Source: Octopus sinensis
Lineage: Eukaryota
DNA: 64,000 bases
Assembly: GCF_006345805.1 (NCBI RefSeq)
Contig: NC_042998.1
Coordinates: 142,724,001-142,788,000, forward strand
Reading direction: 5' to 3'
This document shows positions 1 through 13,790 of this stretch, in pieces. The notes under the pieces were generated by a model. The model did not search any database and was not told the DNA's origin. It worked only from the letters and a program-made list of their open reading frames with translations. The translations under genes and the position numbers were made by a program. The number at the start of each line of letters is the position of its first letter. Within the stretch, counting starts at the first letter, position 1.

Positions 1-960
1 TCAGCAAATTTTGAAGAGAGGGTACAAGTCGATATTTTCAAGCTTAGTATTTGATTGGCACTTTATTTTATCGAAGCAAAGTTGATCATCGCAGGATCTG
101 AACTTAGAATGTAAATAGTCGGAACGTGTAACGAAAAAGCACTCCCTCGCTCCATGCCCACAGTATAAGATGTCTGTATCTTAGATAATAATGAGGATTT
201 CAAATTTCGATGCAAAGCCTGCAAGTTCAGGGAAGGAGTAAGTCAATTATATCGACCTCAGTGCTCAACTGGTACTTATTTTATCGACCCCAAACAAATA
301 AAAGTTAAAGTTGACGTCAGCGAAATTTGAACTCAGAATGTAAAGAATCGGAAGTATTCTGTGAAGCATTTTGTCCGACACGCTAACAATTTAACTAATC
401 TACCGTCCCAGTTTTAAATTTTGGCACAAGGCCAGCAATTTTAGAAGAAGGGATTTGTCGATATCATTAACTCAGTACTTGACTGGTATTTTATTGTATC
501 GGCCCAGAAAAGATGAAAGGTAAAGTTAATATCGGTGAAATTTGAACTGAGAAAGTAAATAGTCGGAACAAATAGCATTTTTTCCAACGCTCTAAGTATT
601 TTACAAACTTGTCGCCTTAAAAACAGCAGTCGTTAAAAATAATAATTAAAATATTGCTTTCTAATTTTGGTATAATGTTAGTAACTTTAAGGGAGAGGTT
701 AAATCGATTACATCAGCCCAAGTATTGACTGGTACTTTATTTTATCGACTCAGAAAGGATGAACGGTAAAGTTGACCTCAACAGATTTTGAACTTAGAAC
801 GTAAAGAACCGGTGGAAATACAGCGAAGCATTTTGTCTGACGCTTGAATTTTTCTGGCAACGCACCGCCCCAGTTTCAAATTTTGGCACAGGGCCAGCAA
901 TTTTAGAGGGAGGGACTTAGTCGATTACATTGACTCTAGTTCTTGACTGGTACTTTATTT
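1..960 (-). mobile_element. Head-to-tail array of about 5 diverged tRNA-derived SINE copies (about 220-240 bp period)
   Basis: The block 'aaattttggcacaaggccagcaatttt...gtcgat...ctggtactt..ttttatcgac...aaagttgac...atttgaactcagaa' recurs near 1, 200, 415, 660 and 875. The reverse complement 'ctgagttcaaat' resembles a Pol III B-box. Confidence 0.75.
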
Positions 961-3217
961 CAGCGACCTTTCTAGGATCGTTGAGTGGAGGTACGTAGGA
1001 ACAGCAATTAGGCCTCTGGGCACATAATGATTCTGGATATGTATATACAGTCTTTTATGTAACGATTCATATATCAACACATTTATATATTTACAAAATG
1101 CATATCTATCTGTGCTTAGTATATGGCATTGGCTTTTCAAGGGGTTCTGTTCGCTACTCAACAAAACAATTTCCAGGTAATTTTAGAGGTGAATTGCTGA
1201 AATTCACTTCTTCCGGGTCTTTCTTTTTAATAGCTTCAGAATTTTGGTTATAATTTTTGATTCCTCACCTCCCCACGTTTTCAATATTTTTATTTCCAGG
1301 AGATTGTATCTGGAAAACTTTTAAGTCCCCAAATTTTCAATAATTCCGTTATGGCAAAAACTTGTTGCATTCTTGCCAAAGAATCGACAATTCGTATATG
1401 TACGTACTATGTCCACAATAAAACGAATAATTATTGATGGCACAGTCCTCTTTCTATTATGAACCTGTTGATTTCTAGGATACATTATAGAAGCATAAAC
1501 TGACCTCAGTATTTAATTGTACTGTATTTTTGCCGGCCCAGGAGGATGAACGATTTCGAGGGACTGTATAAAGTCGTTACTATCTGCCACAAGGTACTCT
1601 AGCAATTCTGCCATTCATTAAAGCTGTAAGTAGGTAAACTATGGATTGATACAGCTCACCACACAAAAGAACGAGTCCAGTGTATAAATAATAATTATTT
1701 AAGTATCTATCGGATCCCAAACCAACTGCTAGTTACCGATTGTGTGTGATGATTGTTGTAACAAACCAGTGGAGAATCATTGATGAGATGACAGGGGCAA
1801 CTGCCAAGGGTGCAAAATTCTTAGGGATGCATAATTTCAAAATAAAATAAAATAAAAATAGCAATAAATAAATAACGCTCCCTCCCTGCAATATTTGTCT
1901 TGCTCCGAGCGAAATATACGGTAAACCACTTGGAATAAATAATTACCTTCTAAGCTTATTTATTCAGCGTAAGGTTTCCCAACCAGGTGAATCTTATTTC
2001 CGACCATGACAGTTTGGGCACCCGCTTCCTTAAACCTAACGTACTTTGAACATACGTTTGCTTCCCACCGCATGTGGTCACCCTCTCCGATCTGCACACC
2101 CAACGCAACATCACAATACCATGACGGATTCTACAACAAACAACACACAAACAAAGTCTTTGATGATACTCTATTGATTTAATAAATCATGAGACTTTCA
2201 AAACGTCGTTCAAACATCGTCATTTTTGTGTTAAAAGAAGCAAAATAGGTGAGTAAGTTTTAGGTACAAGATCGGCGCAAAATAGATAGACTTTAATAGT
2301 TTTTACTTCTGTAGTAAAATTTCTTCTAGGAAATGCAGCATTCATGAGGCGGTTAGAGAAGCATAAATTACAGTATAATCAATTATACGCCTTACAACAA
2401 TTTTTCCCATCCTCCTACGCTTTCAGTTCGACACTAGTACTGTATTTTTGTCAACTTGGGAGGATAAAAGTCAATGTTGACATTGGTGGGATTTGAATAG
2501 TCTGTAAAAAGCCGTAACCACAAGGTATTTTGCCCGACTCTAACGATTCAGTTATTCAGTCGAGTAGCGATAAATAGTACATACATGCATGGATACACTT
2601 CACCTCACAAAAGAACCGATTCAAAGTTTAAGTAATTGGGCTGCTCAATCAGTTCACTAAACAGCAAACACGTTATTGTTATTCTAGAAATATATGTAGA
2701 TTAAAAAAAAACGTAATAAAAATTCTATATAAAACAATCCTCAAATGATTTTCATGGCATTTCTCTTGGAGAATAACTTCGCAAAAAATGTTCCACAATC
2801 AACTTGTATGGAACAAATTAAATACCTATTTTACCGTCACCTATATTACTGAGTATTGGATGTGATTCTTCTTACCAAGTGTGGTAAAATCACGTACGAT
2901 GGGATTGAATTTCACTCTAGATATTCTAATAGACAGACAACCGTATCTTCATATCAGCTATACCCCCACTACCACTATCACAACCTTTCTCTCACTTTCG
3001 GCTTTTAATTCTCTTGGATTATTTCCCTTACTCATCGTGGCCATATTGACTTTGTTTCACTTCTAAATATTGAATATATGTAGTATCTATTGCGTCTTTG
3101 CCCAAGAAGGTTCAGTTTAGTGTAGATCAACTATTTACTTATTGTTGAGATAATTAGGGTTAAAATTATAATCAACGATTCAGTTGAGGCGACTGACGTG
3201 TCTATACACACATACAT

Positions 3218-3283
<66 letters not shown>

Positions 3284-3774
3284 ATTCATATATCGGTGTC
3301 CATATGTGTGAGTTATGCCTCTGTGTGTCTGTATGTTTTTTTTCTGATAGTCTATTTATATGTGGTGTACGTCCTACATACGTTAATATTTATTTTCGTC
3401 CGAGGTGGTGACTGCTAAGTGGAGGTGGAGCAGTAGTATGCGCATGCCCATGATATATATGGTTGTACGCGCTTAGAGGTGTATGTGTGTGAAAGTTTGT
3501 GAATGCATGCCTCATTTTCTATGCGTTTGTATTTCAATATGAGAGGTTGTATATGATTTGTGAGCGTGCATACATGTGTGGGTGTGGGATGGTGTAGTCA
3601 ATGTATGAATTTACACATTACTGACGAATTGGAATAGAATGCATAATTCATACAATGATAATATCAATATACATATTGATATATATATACACACACACAC
3701 ACATGTATATAAATACACACACATGTATATATAATATATATATATACACACATGTATATATATATATAATATAT

Positions 3775-3856
<82 letters not shown>

Positions 3857-3961
3857 AATTCGGGGTGAGTACTTGATAATTATAAGCACCTGTGTATACC
3901 GTTTGGTGGTGTAGGTGGTGGAGTGAATTGATCAAAATAAAAACATGATGCGAAGGATTCA

Positions 3962-4039
3962 GCGGTACATATGTTTCGGGCCTTTATTAGACAGATTTAT
4001 AACAATGCATAATGTATGTCTGTGGCCTTCTTCAGCCGC
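3962..4039 (-). ncRNA. Type I hammerhead-ribozyme-like motif with long loop 2
   Basis: Minus strand reads GCGG-CUGAAGA-AGGCC-(about 41 nt)-GGCCC-GAAAC-AUAU-GUA-CCGC. The core is intact, stem I is GCGG/CCGC, stem III is the palindrome ACAUAUGU, and the triplet is GUA. Confidence 0.7.
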
Positions 4040-4199
4040 GCACAACAGCTTCCACAAGGACATGTGTTACATCAAAAATTCTTGGTTGGGGATGCAAATC
4101 CTCCCATTCGCGTACGACATAATGCGGCAGCAGCATAGAATTGAAGCGTCCATCTCTTTCTTCTCTCAATGTAGGATGAGGAAAAATGGATGTTGAAGT

Positions 4200-4520
4200 A
4201 ATGTAAATAAATAAATACATGTATATACGTGAAGATGGAGGGGCGAGAATTCAGGACGAGGGATAAAAAATGTATAAAAAGTGTAAGTATAGAAAAATAT
4301 AAAAATGTAGAGCATAAAGATATAAAGAGATATAAGGAGATGTAAAGGGGGTATAAAGAATATAAAGAAATATAAAGAAATATAAATAAATGTAAAGGCA
4401 TAAGGTTATAAAGTAAAAATAGAAATAGAAATAAAAATAAAAGTAAAAAAAGTAAAAAACATGATAAAAATGTAATAAAATATAAAAAAATATAAAGATA
4501 AGGGATGTATAGAGGTTAAG
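4200..4520. repeat. A-rich degenerate 6-7 bp tandem repeat (tataaa(g)a-like)
   Basis: Direct reading of low-complexity sequence. Confidence 0.7.
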
Positions 4521-4872
4521 GACCAAGCATGGTGGTCAGGAGATTGGTAAAATTTAGTTGTAGAATTGTCAGTAAATCAACAGTTTCGTCTGGGGACCTA
4601 ATGCGTTGTAAATCAGAGCTGTTGAGCGTTTAATCTGGTTCCTTGAATTATTTGGACTTCTATTACATACATACCAACATGGATACATACACCCATATAC
4701 ACGCGTACATATACGCCTTCAAGCCTATAAGCATACACACGCACTCGCGTGTAAACATGCATATAAACACACACACACCCACACGCACGTGCGTACACAT
4801 ACATACATACAACAGAATATCCGCATGTATACACGGACACTATACGTGTACACACTCACATGTACATACATG

Positions 4873-4911
<39 letters not shown>

Positions 4912-4926
4912 ATATATATATATATA

Positions 4927-5000
<74 letters not shown>

Positions 5001-5154
5001 TTTATGTATATATATGTGTGTGTGTGTGTATATACTGTACACACACATATATATATACTGTATATATACATATATATATACTGTATATATATGCATAATA
5101 TATTTATGTATATATATATATGTGTGTGTGTGTGTGCGCGCGTGCGCGTCCCAA

Positions 5155-5335
5155 CATCGCTTGACAACCGATGCTAGTGTGTTTACGTCCCCGTAACATA
5201 GCGGTTCGTCAAAATATACCGATAGAATAAGTACTAAGCTTACAAAGAATACGTCCTGGGGTCGATTTCCTCGACTAAAAGCGGTGCTCCAGCATGGCTG
5301 CAGTCAAAATGCCCGAAAGAAGTAAATGAATAAAA
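5155..5335 (+). mobile_element. 3' module of a common composite SINE
   Basis: 'gcttgacaaccgatgct..gtgtttacgtccccgtaac..gatagaataagtacta.gcttacaaagaata.gtcctggggtcgattt..gcggtgctccagcatggc' matches copies at 34545, 38470, 46490 and 59230 (reverse). Confidence 0.75.
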
Positions 5336-5337
5336 TA

Positions 5338-5401
<64 letters not shown>

Positions 5402-5440
5402 ATATATATATATATATATAATATATATATATATATATAC

Positions 5441-5488
<48 letters not shown>

Positions 5489-6204
5489 TATATACGTCCA
5501 GGTTTTAGCATGTGGGTAAAAGTGTAGATGTCTGTAAGGCAAGACGAATATAGATACGTAGAATGTGTATGTTGGAGAAAGGCTGAAAATCAAAACGTCA
5601 AGGAAACAAGACACAACGGAGTAAAAGAGCAAATGAGGAAGGGAAGAAAGAAGAAATAGAGACAGGGTAGGGAGAAAGAGTAAGAGCAAGAAAGAGGTGG
5701 AGCAGATGTAGATATACTGAAACCAAATCTATATTTATACATGTCTAACTCGTTCTATCTATAATATGTGATGTTCACACACCGACACACAGATATAGAC
5801 GCACGCGCATAATGACGAATGGTGGTAAAAGCAAAGAAAATAGAATTAAGTGGATTGATATTTGAAAATAGCTAGACTTTTGTCCTGCTATAGTGAGTTC
5901 AATTCTGGTTAGGGCTGGCTATGTTTCTTTTTTATTTTTTTTGTTTTGTATTTAGAAGGGTTGATAAAATAAACACCAGTCATATTTAGGTAACATATTT
6001 AGGTGAAATCATCTGACCAGATTCCCCTACCCCACCTACCAGAATAAAAACTGGCCTTAAATGGTTAATCAAAAGAATCTCTGTTTACGCTTTCATACGC
6101 CAAACGTGCTGAAAAACAAACACGCACACACACACGTACTGACATTCGCACATGTAGAATTGAATATTCGTACATGCATACATGTATACATACATACATG
6201 TGTA

Positions 6205-6450
<246 letters not shown>

Positions 6451-6788
6451 GGATGTGTGTATTTTCCCTTTGTTTACAATTAACACGGAAAAAATAAATA
6501 AACAGTTACAGGCAGCAAAAAATCACACAAATAATAAGCACGAAACACCCTGTTTGTAAAGGAAGAAACTCCGGGTTGATGTGAAATGGTATTTGTAGAC
6601 GTCATTCACCCAAACAACGTTCCTTCATGACAGAGAAAGAGACTAGGCTGAAATAGATGAATGACGTCGTCTACTAATACCGATGGATTGCATATATATA
6701 TATATATACTGTACATATACATATATATAAAATCGAACGCACATACACAGAGTATGTGTGCTGTTAGTTCGTGGGTCGGCTGAGATTT

Positions 6789-6876
<88 letters not shown>

Positions 6877-6887
6877 GAGATAGATAA
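6789..6887. repeat. (GATA)n tract abutting the 3' end of the Tx1 LINE
   Basis: Direct reading. It begins immediately after the element's 'aataaagaaac' terminus on the minus strand. Confidence 0.95.
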
Positions 6888-7141
6888 GTTTCTTTATTAG
6901 GCACACAGGGCCGAACACAGAGGGGACATAATACAATGTGAAGCTTTTCTTTTCGGAAAACAAAGAAAAAAAATTCCGATCAAAAGGGATCGTGTATCAC
7001 AGAAAAAATTTTAAAGTGTAAAGAGCAAGATTAGGTTTATTCGTGGAAAGAAAAGCCTACGGTAACCTCAGGCAGGGAGGGAATAAACACATGAGAGCAA
7101 AGTGCTCTCTCTCTCTCTCTCTCTCTCTCTCCCTTTTCGAT

Positions 7142-10100
7142 TTACAGGATCATGCTCAAAGTAGTTTTGTCACTCACACACACCGCCCAGCTTTTATAGA
7201 AACTTTCACGGGACAAAACTAGCCTCTCCATTCTCACCTTCCTTTTCAAGTGGTACTTAAAAAAGTTGATGAGCGGTTGGTCAGAGAGGTAAGTGTTTGT
7301 CTCTAAACATTTCGCTCGAGTCCACCACACACATTCTTTCACCATGGCCATCAGTACGATGAAGACTGCCTTGCCTTCCCGGTTGAAGGAAGGTGGCGGA
7401 GCAATTGTCACGATAGACTCGGCTGACAGGCGGACTCGTCCCACACGTGACAGTAGCCGTTCAGCATAAGCCCACAGGTCCAAAATGGTTGGACACTGCA
7501 CGAGTGCTTGCAGAACGGTTTCATCGCTCTCACCGCATCTCGGGCAAGTCAGTCCGGTGTGTCTCGAACTGTGCCCGTAGAGCTTATGTCGAACGAGTAA
7601 TACTTTTCGATAGCACTGCCAGGCCAGGGATCTTTGGTGATTGTCCATAGGTCCCGGTTCGAAAGTTGTCCTGAATAGGCGGGTCAGATGTTCCTCGTCG
7701 ATGCCCAGATACTGCCCGAGAACGTCGTCGCATCTCTCCTACACTAATCCTCTATAGAACGCCTTTGTCGTAATGAAGTCGTACAAGTTTGGTTCCAGAC
7801 AGCAGAGTTGCTTGAGAACAACGCGACACTCGCGGTGCCATTCGCCTAGCCTCGGTCTCTGTTTGATCCACGACAGCAGTTGGCCAAGGAGACGAGCTGC
7901 GGGAAAGCGCACCGCACAAACGTCGACCACACCTGTTCGCCGTCGTCTATGAAGCGCCGGAGATGTCGCAGTCTCAGCGCATGTGTGCGCATCATCAACC
8001 ATAGCATGCCTAGCCCACCATTTAGCGGGTGTTGACAGTAAATGGTTTGCCTAACCAGCGGAACGCTTCTCTTCCACAAAAAGTGGAAGAGTATGCGTTC
8101 CAGTTTGGTGATGGTAGGGTCGGGACAAGGCACGACGGTCAGACAGTAATCGATGACGGATGCGATGTGCGCGTTCGCCACCTCAAACCTTTTAGGGATA
8201 GCTTCCTCTCGGCCAATTGCTGGGTGAGAGTGGCAACCCTAGTCGTTATCTCGCCCCTGTTTTTCTCCATTTGGAGGTCCGGACTGAACCAGACTCCGAG
8301 CAATTTAACCGGTCCGTCGGTTCAGCGTCCCACAATGGAGACGCTGTTGGACGGCATGGGCTTGCTTCTCCAGGTGCCGAGCCGCAAGCCCACTGGCTTT
8401 TCCCATTACCGCTTCGTATTCTTTTAGTGTCTCGCTGACCAGGTCGATGTGCTTGTGACTCGACACTATGACGGTAACGTCGTCCGCCTAAGCAGATACG
8501 CTCCTCCCGCATGCCAGCTCTCGTGGGATGCCCCTCAGCGTAGCCAGTTTCCGCAGTGGTGGTTCAAGAGTCAATACATACAGAAGCGACGAGAGGAAGC
8601 ATCGTTGAAGAACCGAACGCATGATGTTAAATGGTCTGGATAGATGTCCATTTACACGAACTACCGAGCGGATGCCGCTGTATAAGACAGCGATCCAACC
8701 GCGGTAGATGGGACCGAAACAAGTCACTCTAAGGACAGCCTCCAAGTAGTGATGGTCTACCCAATCGAAAGCTTTTGATTGATCCAAATTGATCAGTGCC
8801 CCACCCATGCCAGGTTCTTTAACTATCCTGTCTATGCTGAAGCGCATCAGATGGAAGTTGTCATGGATACTCCTACCCGGCACGGCGCACGTTTGCGCTT
8901 TGTCGACCAATTTCTCGATGACAAGCGCCAACCTCTGAGTTAACACCTTGGCCAAAATCTTCAAGTCTGCGTTGAGCAGAGTGATGGGCCTGAAATTATC
9001 TATGACGTTCCCCTTGTTTGGATCTTTCTTTAGCAGTGCCACTGCTCCTCGCTTAACAAAGATGGGGATACTCCCGTTTTGCTGCCAGTTGCAGTAGACA
9101 GAGGTCAAGAATCCTCCAAACAAGTCTGGCATATGACAATAATCACACATCCTTTCAGGCTCGAGTAATTCGCATCCCTGCTCATCTATCAGAGACCTAA
9201 TGGTGGCTTTGTTGCCTCGTTGCGCCTCCGCCACTCGGGCTTCTCGGGCGGCTCCAACTCCTTCGTTCCTCAGAGCATGCATCCTAGCTCTGACAACGCA
9301 TCCTTCGTGTTTGACGTTGAAGTGTTAGTCGAGGGCCAACCTCACTGCCAGTACGTTAGACACGATGCCAGTTCTTGATCCCTCTTCTAATTTCTTAATT
9401 AGGTCTCCCTCTATTCTATTTCGGTCTAATGCTAGAGCCTTGCTCTACCTAACCGATTCTGCTTTAATTGCTTACTTTAGGGCATACCACCATCTGTTGT
9501 TGATGATGGCACCCGTCAATGCTCTCTTAACTAATGTGCTAATCCGCTCCCTGTTAGCCTGGCGTGCCGTGAACGACGCGTTCAGCTTCCAGTAACCGGG
9601 ACCTTACCTATGTGTCTTATCTAAGTCAAGTGTACTGGTCACAAATTTGTGGTCTGTGTAGCTGACTATATGGAATTGTGGACAACCTACACTATCCTTA
9701 TCCACTGTCCTACCGAATACTCTATCTAAATACTATCTGGACGACCTGGTGCGGTTGTTCCACGTCCGCATTGGCATATTCGGGTGGTCCAGTCGGTACC
9801 TGTCAGACAGTTGGAAACGTCTGAGCAGGTCTTTGAGGCATTTGCATCCCCTCCTATTACGATCTCTGCCCACGTAGTCTAGATGCGTGTCCAGGGTAGC
9901 GTTCCAATCCCCCACTAAGAATAAAGGTCGAGACGTTCCCAGGAAAACCTCTAGACGTCGAAAGAAATCTGGTCGACCTGTTAAGGACGGTGTATAAACT
10001 GTTATCAGTCGAAAAGCACACCCATTGCTGCCATCGACATCCAAGACGACCAGCCTACCCTCCGGGTCTAGGAAAATTGCTCTTACTTTGAGGTCCAGAC

Positions 10101-10319
10101 TCTTCCGAAGAAGCACCGCGGTACCATTCTCGGCAGACACGGAGAAAAATAAATATCGAGATGTCCGCCGAACATGTGCTAGAGGGCCCGCGGGCTGTGG
10201 AGTCTGGTCTCGCTGATGGCTATGATATGCAGATTTTGTGACTTGATGTCATTTAACAGGTAACCTTGTTTCCAAGGCGACCCAGAGCCACGTACATTCA
10301 TACTGCATATTTTGAGCAT
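7142..10319 (-). pseudogene. Tx1/L1 ORF2 (APE endonuclease, reverse transcriptase, zinc finger), disrupted
   Basis: Start MLKICSMNVRG..ISETRL at 10319. Endonuclease LVVLDV..VGDWNA. RT NFRPITLLNADLKILAKVL and LDQSKAFDWVDH. The YADD tyrosine is mutated to TAG (8488-8490, SA*ADDVTV). Later motifs PLNGGLG and CPRCGESDETVLQALVQC. Several frameshifts and stops. Confidence 0.9.
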
Positions 10320-10423
10320 GTTCCTATCGGAAGTTGTATTTTACACACGAAAGGGAGACAAACAGAGAGAGAGAGACAGACAGACAGACATACAGAGAGA
10401 GAAAGAGACAGACAGACAGACAG

Positions 10424-12128
10424 TTACTTACTGTCCGAAAGTTCTTTGTCCTTCACCTCACAGTCTTCTCTCAGAAGGTTTTTGTATAGTTTTTTAGACA
10501 GGTGTTTTTTAAATCTCCCTGCTGCATCCAGGTAGAGAGATCTCAGTGTGCTGTGTATGTTCTGTGTTATGTGTATGATTTTAATGTGTTGTCGTGGCGT
10601 TGTGCATGGGTGATTCTTTGTTTTGGTATCATTTTCTGTTATGTTGGTGTTTGACCTAATGTATTCCATTAGGTCTGGATTGTTGGTGTTTATAGCTGTC
10701 AACAATATTGCGGGGTTTAGTGTCAGTATGTTTGCGTTGATACTTTTGTTTTCTGCGGGTGTTTTGGTTTCAGGAGTGGTAAACCTCCCCGCTTTGTTTG
10801 TCTGCTTGTCTATTCTTTTTTTCCCCTTTTTCTCCTTGCCCCTGTGGCCACTTGCTAATCTTCTGTGTCGTCTTCATCTGACAACATGTCGGATGAATCA
10901 GAGGGTGGGAGGGGAAGTGTATTGGGTCTATTTCTGAGAGTGTTGATTTTGTTGTTGGTGGTGTTGGTGCTGTTTGGTGACAGTTGGGATGTGGTGTTTG
11001 GGTTTTTGAGGGTGGGGTATGAGTCTTTTTGGTTTCCTTTCCTTCCTTTGGAGTTGTTTGAAGTGGTGATGATGGTGTTGGTTCTGTTCTTGGTGGCCCT
11101 GGTGGTGGTGTTGTTTTGGTTTGGCTGGCTTGTTGGTTACTGATGTTCCTTCATTTGATTGTAGAGCTATTTAATTAGTCGTGCATATGGCGGTGTGGGT
11201 AGTAGTGCTAGTTTTTTGCTCGGTTTTTGGTTTTCTTATGGTTGTTGTTATTTTTCGTGGTCTTGTTGTTGTCGTTGTTGTTGCTGTTGTTTCTGTGCTA
11301 GTGGCCAATTAGTTTTTAAGTGTGTTTTGCTACCACGATCGTAGCAACGTGGCTTTCTGCCTTCGACGGCTACATGCAAGCTCGAATCCTCCACCAATTG
11401 GATTCGATGGGGATTTTTTTCGGAATTTGCTGGATTGATTTGGGCAAGGATTTCGACTCCCTGGACAATCCAGTTTTGCTGGTCCAGGACAATGATTTCC
11501 AATATATGGATTTCGTCCTCGATGTCATAGCAAATGGCAGACACAAACCATTTTATTTCAATTTCAGGGGGCACATTTTTTATTTTTTATTTTTGTGACC
11601 CTACGACCAAGATATGTAGATATCATGAGTAGATTTTTATGTTGAAAGGACCTTGTGGAGAGGTCCTTGGCTCGCTCTTCTCTGTCGAATCTTCCATCGT
11701 CGCAAACCTGTTTCCCTTCGTTATGTAGTCTTTAAAGGCCCTATATGGGCCTTAAACATTTTCCACATTTTCTTGAATGGCCATTTCATGTACTTTTTGT
11801 TTTTGCGTTGAGTGTTTTGCAAATGATTTTTTTTTTTTTTAGATTTTCAGGTGACTTCATTTTTTGTAAAAATTTCTTTACAGGCAAGTAGTTCTTCCTT
11901 CGAAAAATGCATTATTTTTTTCTTCGGCTTCAAAGCCGTGACAAAATTGTTATCGGTATTCGTGTTGGTTGCGGTGATGGCGGTGGTGGTAGTAGCAGTG
12001 GTGGAGGCAGTGGTTATTGTAGCAGATGCATTCGTGCCTTCTAAGGCATGTGTGCGTTCACACGGAACGGGTTTTTTTCCAGCAGGCGGGAAGTCGGCCT
12101 CATGGTTTCCCTTAGCTACATTTGTCTA
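10424..12128 (-). pseudogene. Tx1 ORF1 (gag-like nucleic-acid-binding protein), disrupted
   Basis: TYLGRRVTKIKI-NVPPEIEIKWFVSA...VEGRKPRCYDRGSKTHLKTNW (degenerate CX2CX4HX4C). Homologous to the ORF1 at 28-29 kb. The 5' boundary is approximate. Confidence 0.75.
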
Positions 12129-12309
12129 GAAATATGGCAAGGAAACCTAAGAAAATAGAAATGTAAATAGGATTGAAACTGCCCCTAGGGGTCAGTTCCT
12201 CCCTTGAAAACACACTCAAACGAAAGCTGCAAAAATTGAAACAAAATGTAAGCAATAAAAGGTCGTAAAAAGCGATTACCTGCGGAGCCGATGTGACATC
12301 ACGTCAGTC

Positions 12310-12523
<214 letters not shown>

Positions 12524-13217
12524 GGAGGGGGCAGCTCCAGCAGAAAAAAACTTTCCAGATTTTATACTTCCATCAGTGTCGCTCTGAGGAGGCTTGGCAA
12601 GACGTAATGATGTCTTCATTTAGCTAATGTTTTACCATTTTGATTCAATTACCATCAAGGTTGTGGACTGCTGCTTATTGCGCTTGCTCTTGAATCTTGT
12701 AACAATGGTGAATCTACGAGATTTTTTTCTTTGCTGCGCTCTGTACATTAACGCACACTCACCTACAAACACATACACACAGTACACGCACACTTATATT
12801 CACACAAACACATGCACACACCCATACACACGAACATAGTCACGTACGTACACAAGCAGGCACTGACGCTTAAACATAAATGAATATAAACACACTCAGG
12901 CTCGTATAAGCACAAATGCAAACTCATCTATCTATTCACTCACACACACGCACGCACGCACATTTTCTTTCAGACAAAATGTTTATATCTGTCTCAGTCT
13001 TTCTCCCGTTGCCTTTAGTTCTCCTTTCATTATCACTTTACGCATTCACTCTGTTGTTTTCTGTATATCTCTTTCACGCTAGTCTTCCCTATCCTTCTTA
13101 ATCGCCCCTCTTATGTGTTCTCCCGCTTTCTCTTAATGAACACTCTTTCTCTACCCCTTTTCTCTTCTCTCTCTTTGTCTTTCTGCTCTTCTTTCCTTTT
13201 GGCTCAGTGCCCTAGTC

Positions 13218-13320
13218 CAGTGTTCTCAAAGTAGGCGGTATTGCCCCCTGGGGCGCGCTAGAAAAAAATTTTATGTGGAAACTGGGGACAAAAGAGGCGA
13301 TACGAAGTGAGGGGTGATAG
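13218..13320 (+). mobile_element. Possible hAT (Charlie-like) terminal fragment
   Basis: Begins CAGTGTTCTCAAAGTAGGCGGTATTGCCCCCTGGGG, resembling hAT MITE termini. The partner end was not found. Confidence 0.4.
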
Positions 13321-13619
13321 ATACATCTTATAATTGTCCTAGTTTTCAAAAATATTTTCAATCTTTATTTTGTGTACGAATCACCTGGTAATATTACGGC
13401 TCGAAATGTTTTTGACATTTCAGATAGTCTTTTAATGGTGATCCACTTGTCTGCTACAATTTTTTCTGGTGTATTTTATTTTATAGAATCTCAACAAGGC
13501 AGTAGTGTGTGTAGTGATGGTGGGGCATCGAAAGAGTGTTGAAGAAAAAGAGGCAATATTTAGTCTGCGAATTAGGTGGCGAGTTGGCAGAATCATTAGC
13601 AAGTCGGGCAAAATGCTCA

Positions 13620-13790
13620 GCGGCATTTCGTCCGTCTTTATGTTCTGAGTTCAAAATTCGCTGAGGTCAACTTTGCCTTTCATCCTTTCGGGGTCGATTT
13701 AAAAAGTACCAGTTGAATACTGGGATCGATCTAATCGACTTACCCCCTCCCATGTAATTGCTGGCTTTGTGCCAAAATTAGAAATCAATA
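13620..13790 (+). mobile_element. tRNA-derived SINE, same family as 1-960
   Basis: 'ttctgagttcaaaattcgctgaggtcaactttgcctttcatcctttcggggtcgat...ctggctttgtgccaaaatt'. Further copies lie at about 14375-14580, about 1490-1620 (reverse) and about 2410-2570 (reverse). Confidence 0.75.

Larger units (their letters stand above)
6888..12309 (-). mobile_element. Full-length but decayed Tx1/L1-clade non-LTR retrotransposon (about 5.4 kb)
   Basis: Colinear 5'UTR, ORF1 with degenerate CCHC knuckle, APE endonuclease, RT, post-RT region, C-terminal zinc finger and 3'UTR ending aataaagaaac. Flanked on both sides by (GATA)n. Confidence 0.9.

Noticed and set aside
3618-3650. CTGACGA core-like heptamer (similar isolated hits at about 14667, 41217, 43218 and 63870)
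   Set aside because: No correctly placed stem II-GAAA-stem III-NUH follows.
12580-12620. CTGAGGA-ggcttggc-aagac-GTA hammerhead look-alike
   Set aside because: GAAA is replaced by AAGA and there is no adjacent stem I pairing.
12640-12720. Possible short terminal exon (SPLLQDSRASAISSSPQP*) on minus
   Set aside because: Too short and has no recognisable homology, so it cannot be distinguished from chance.
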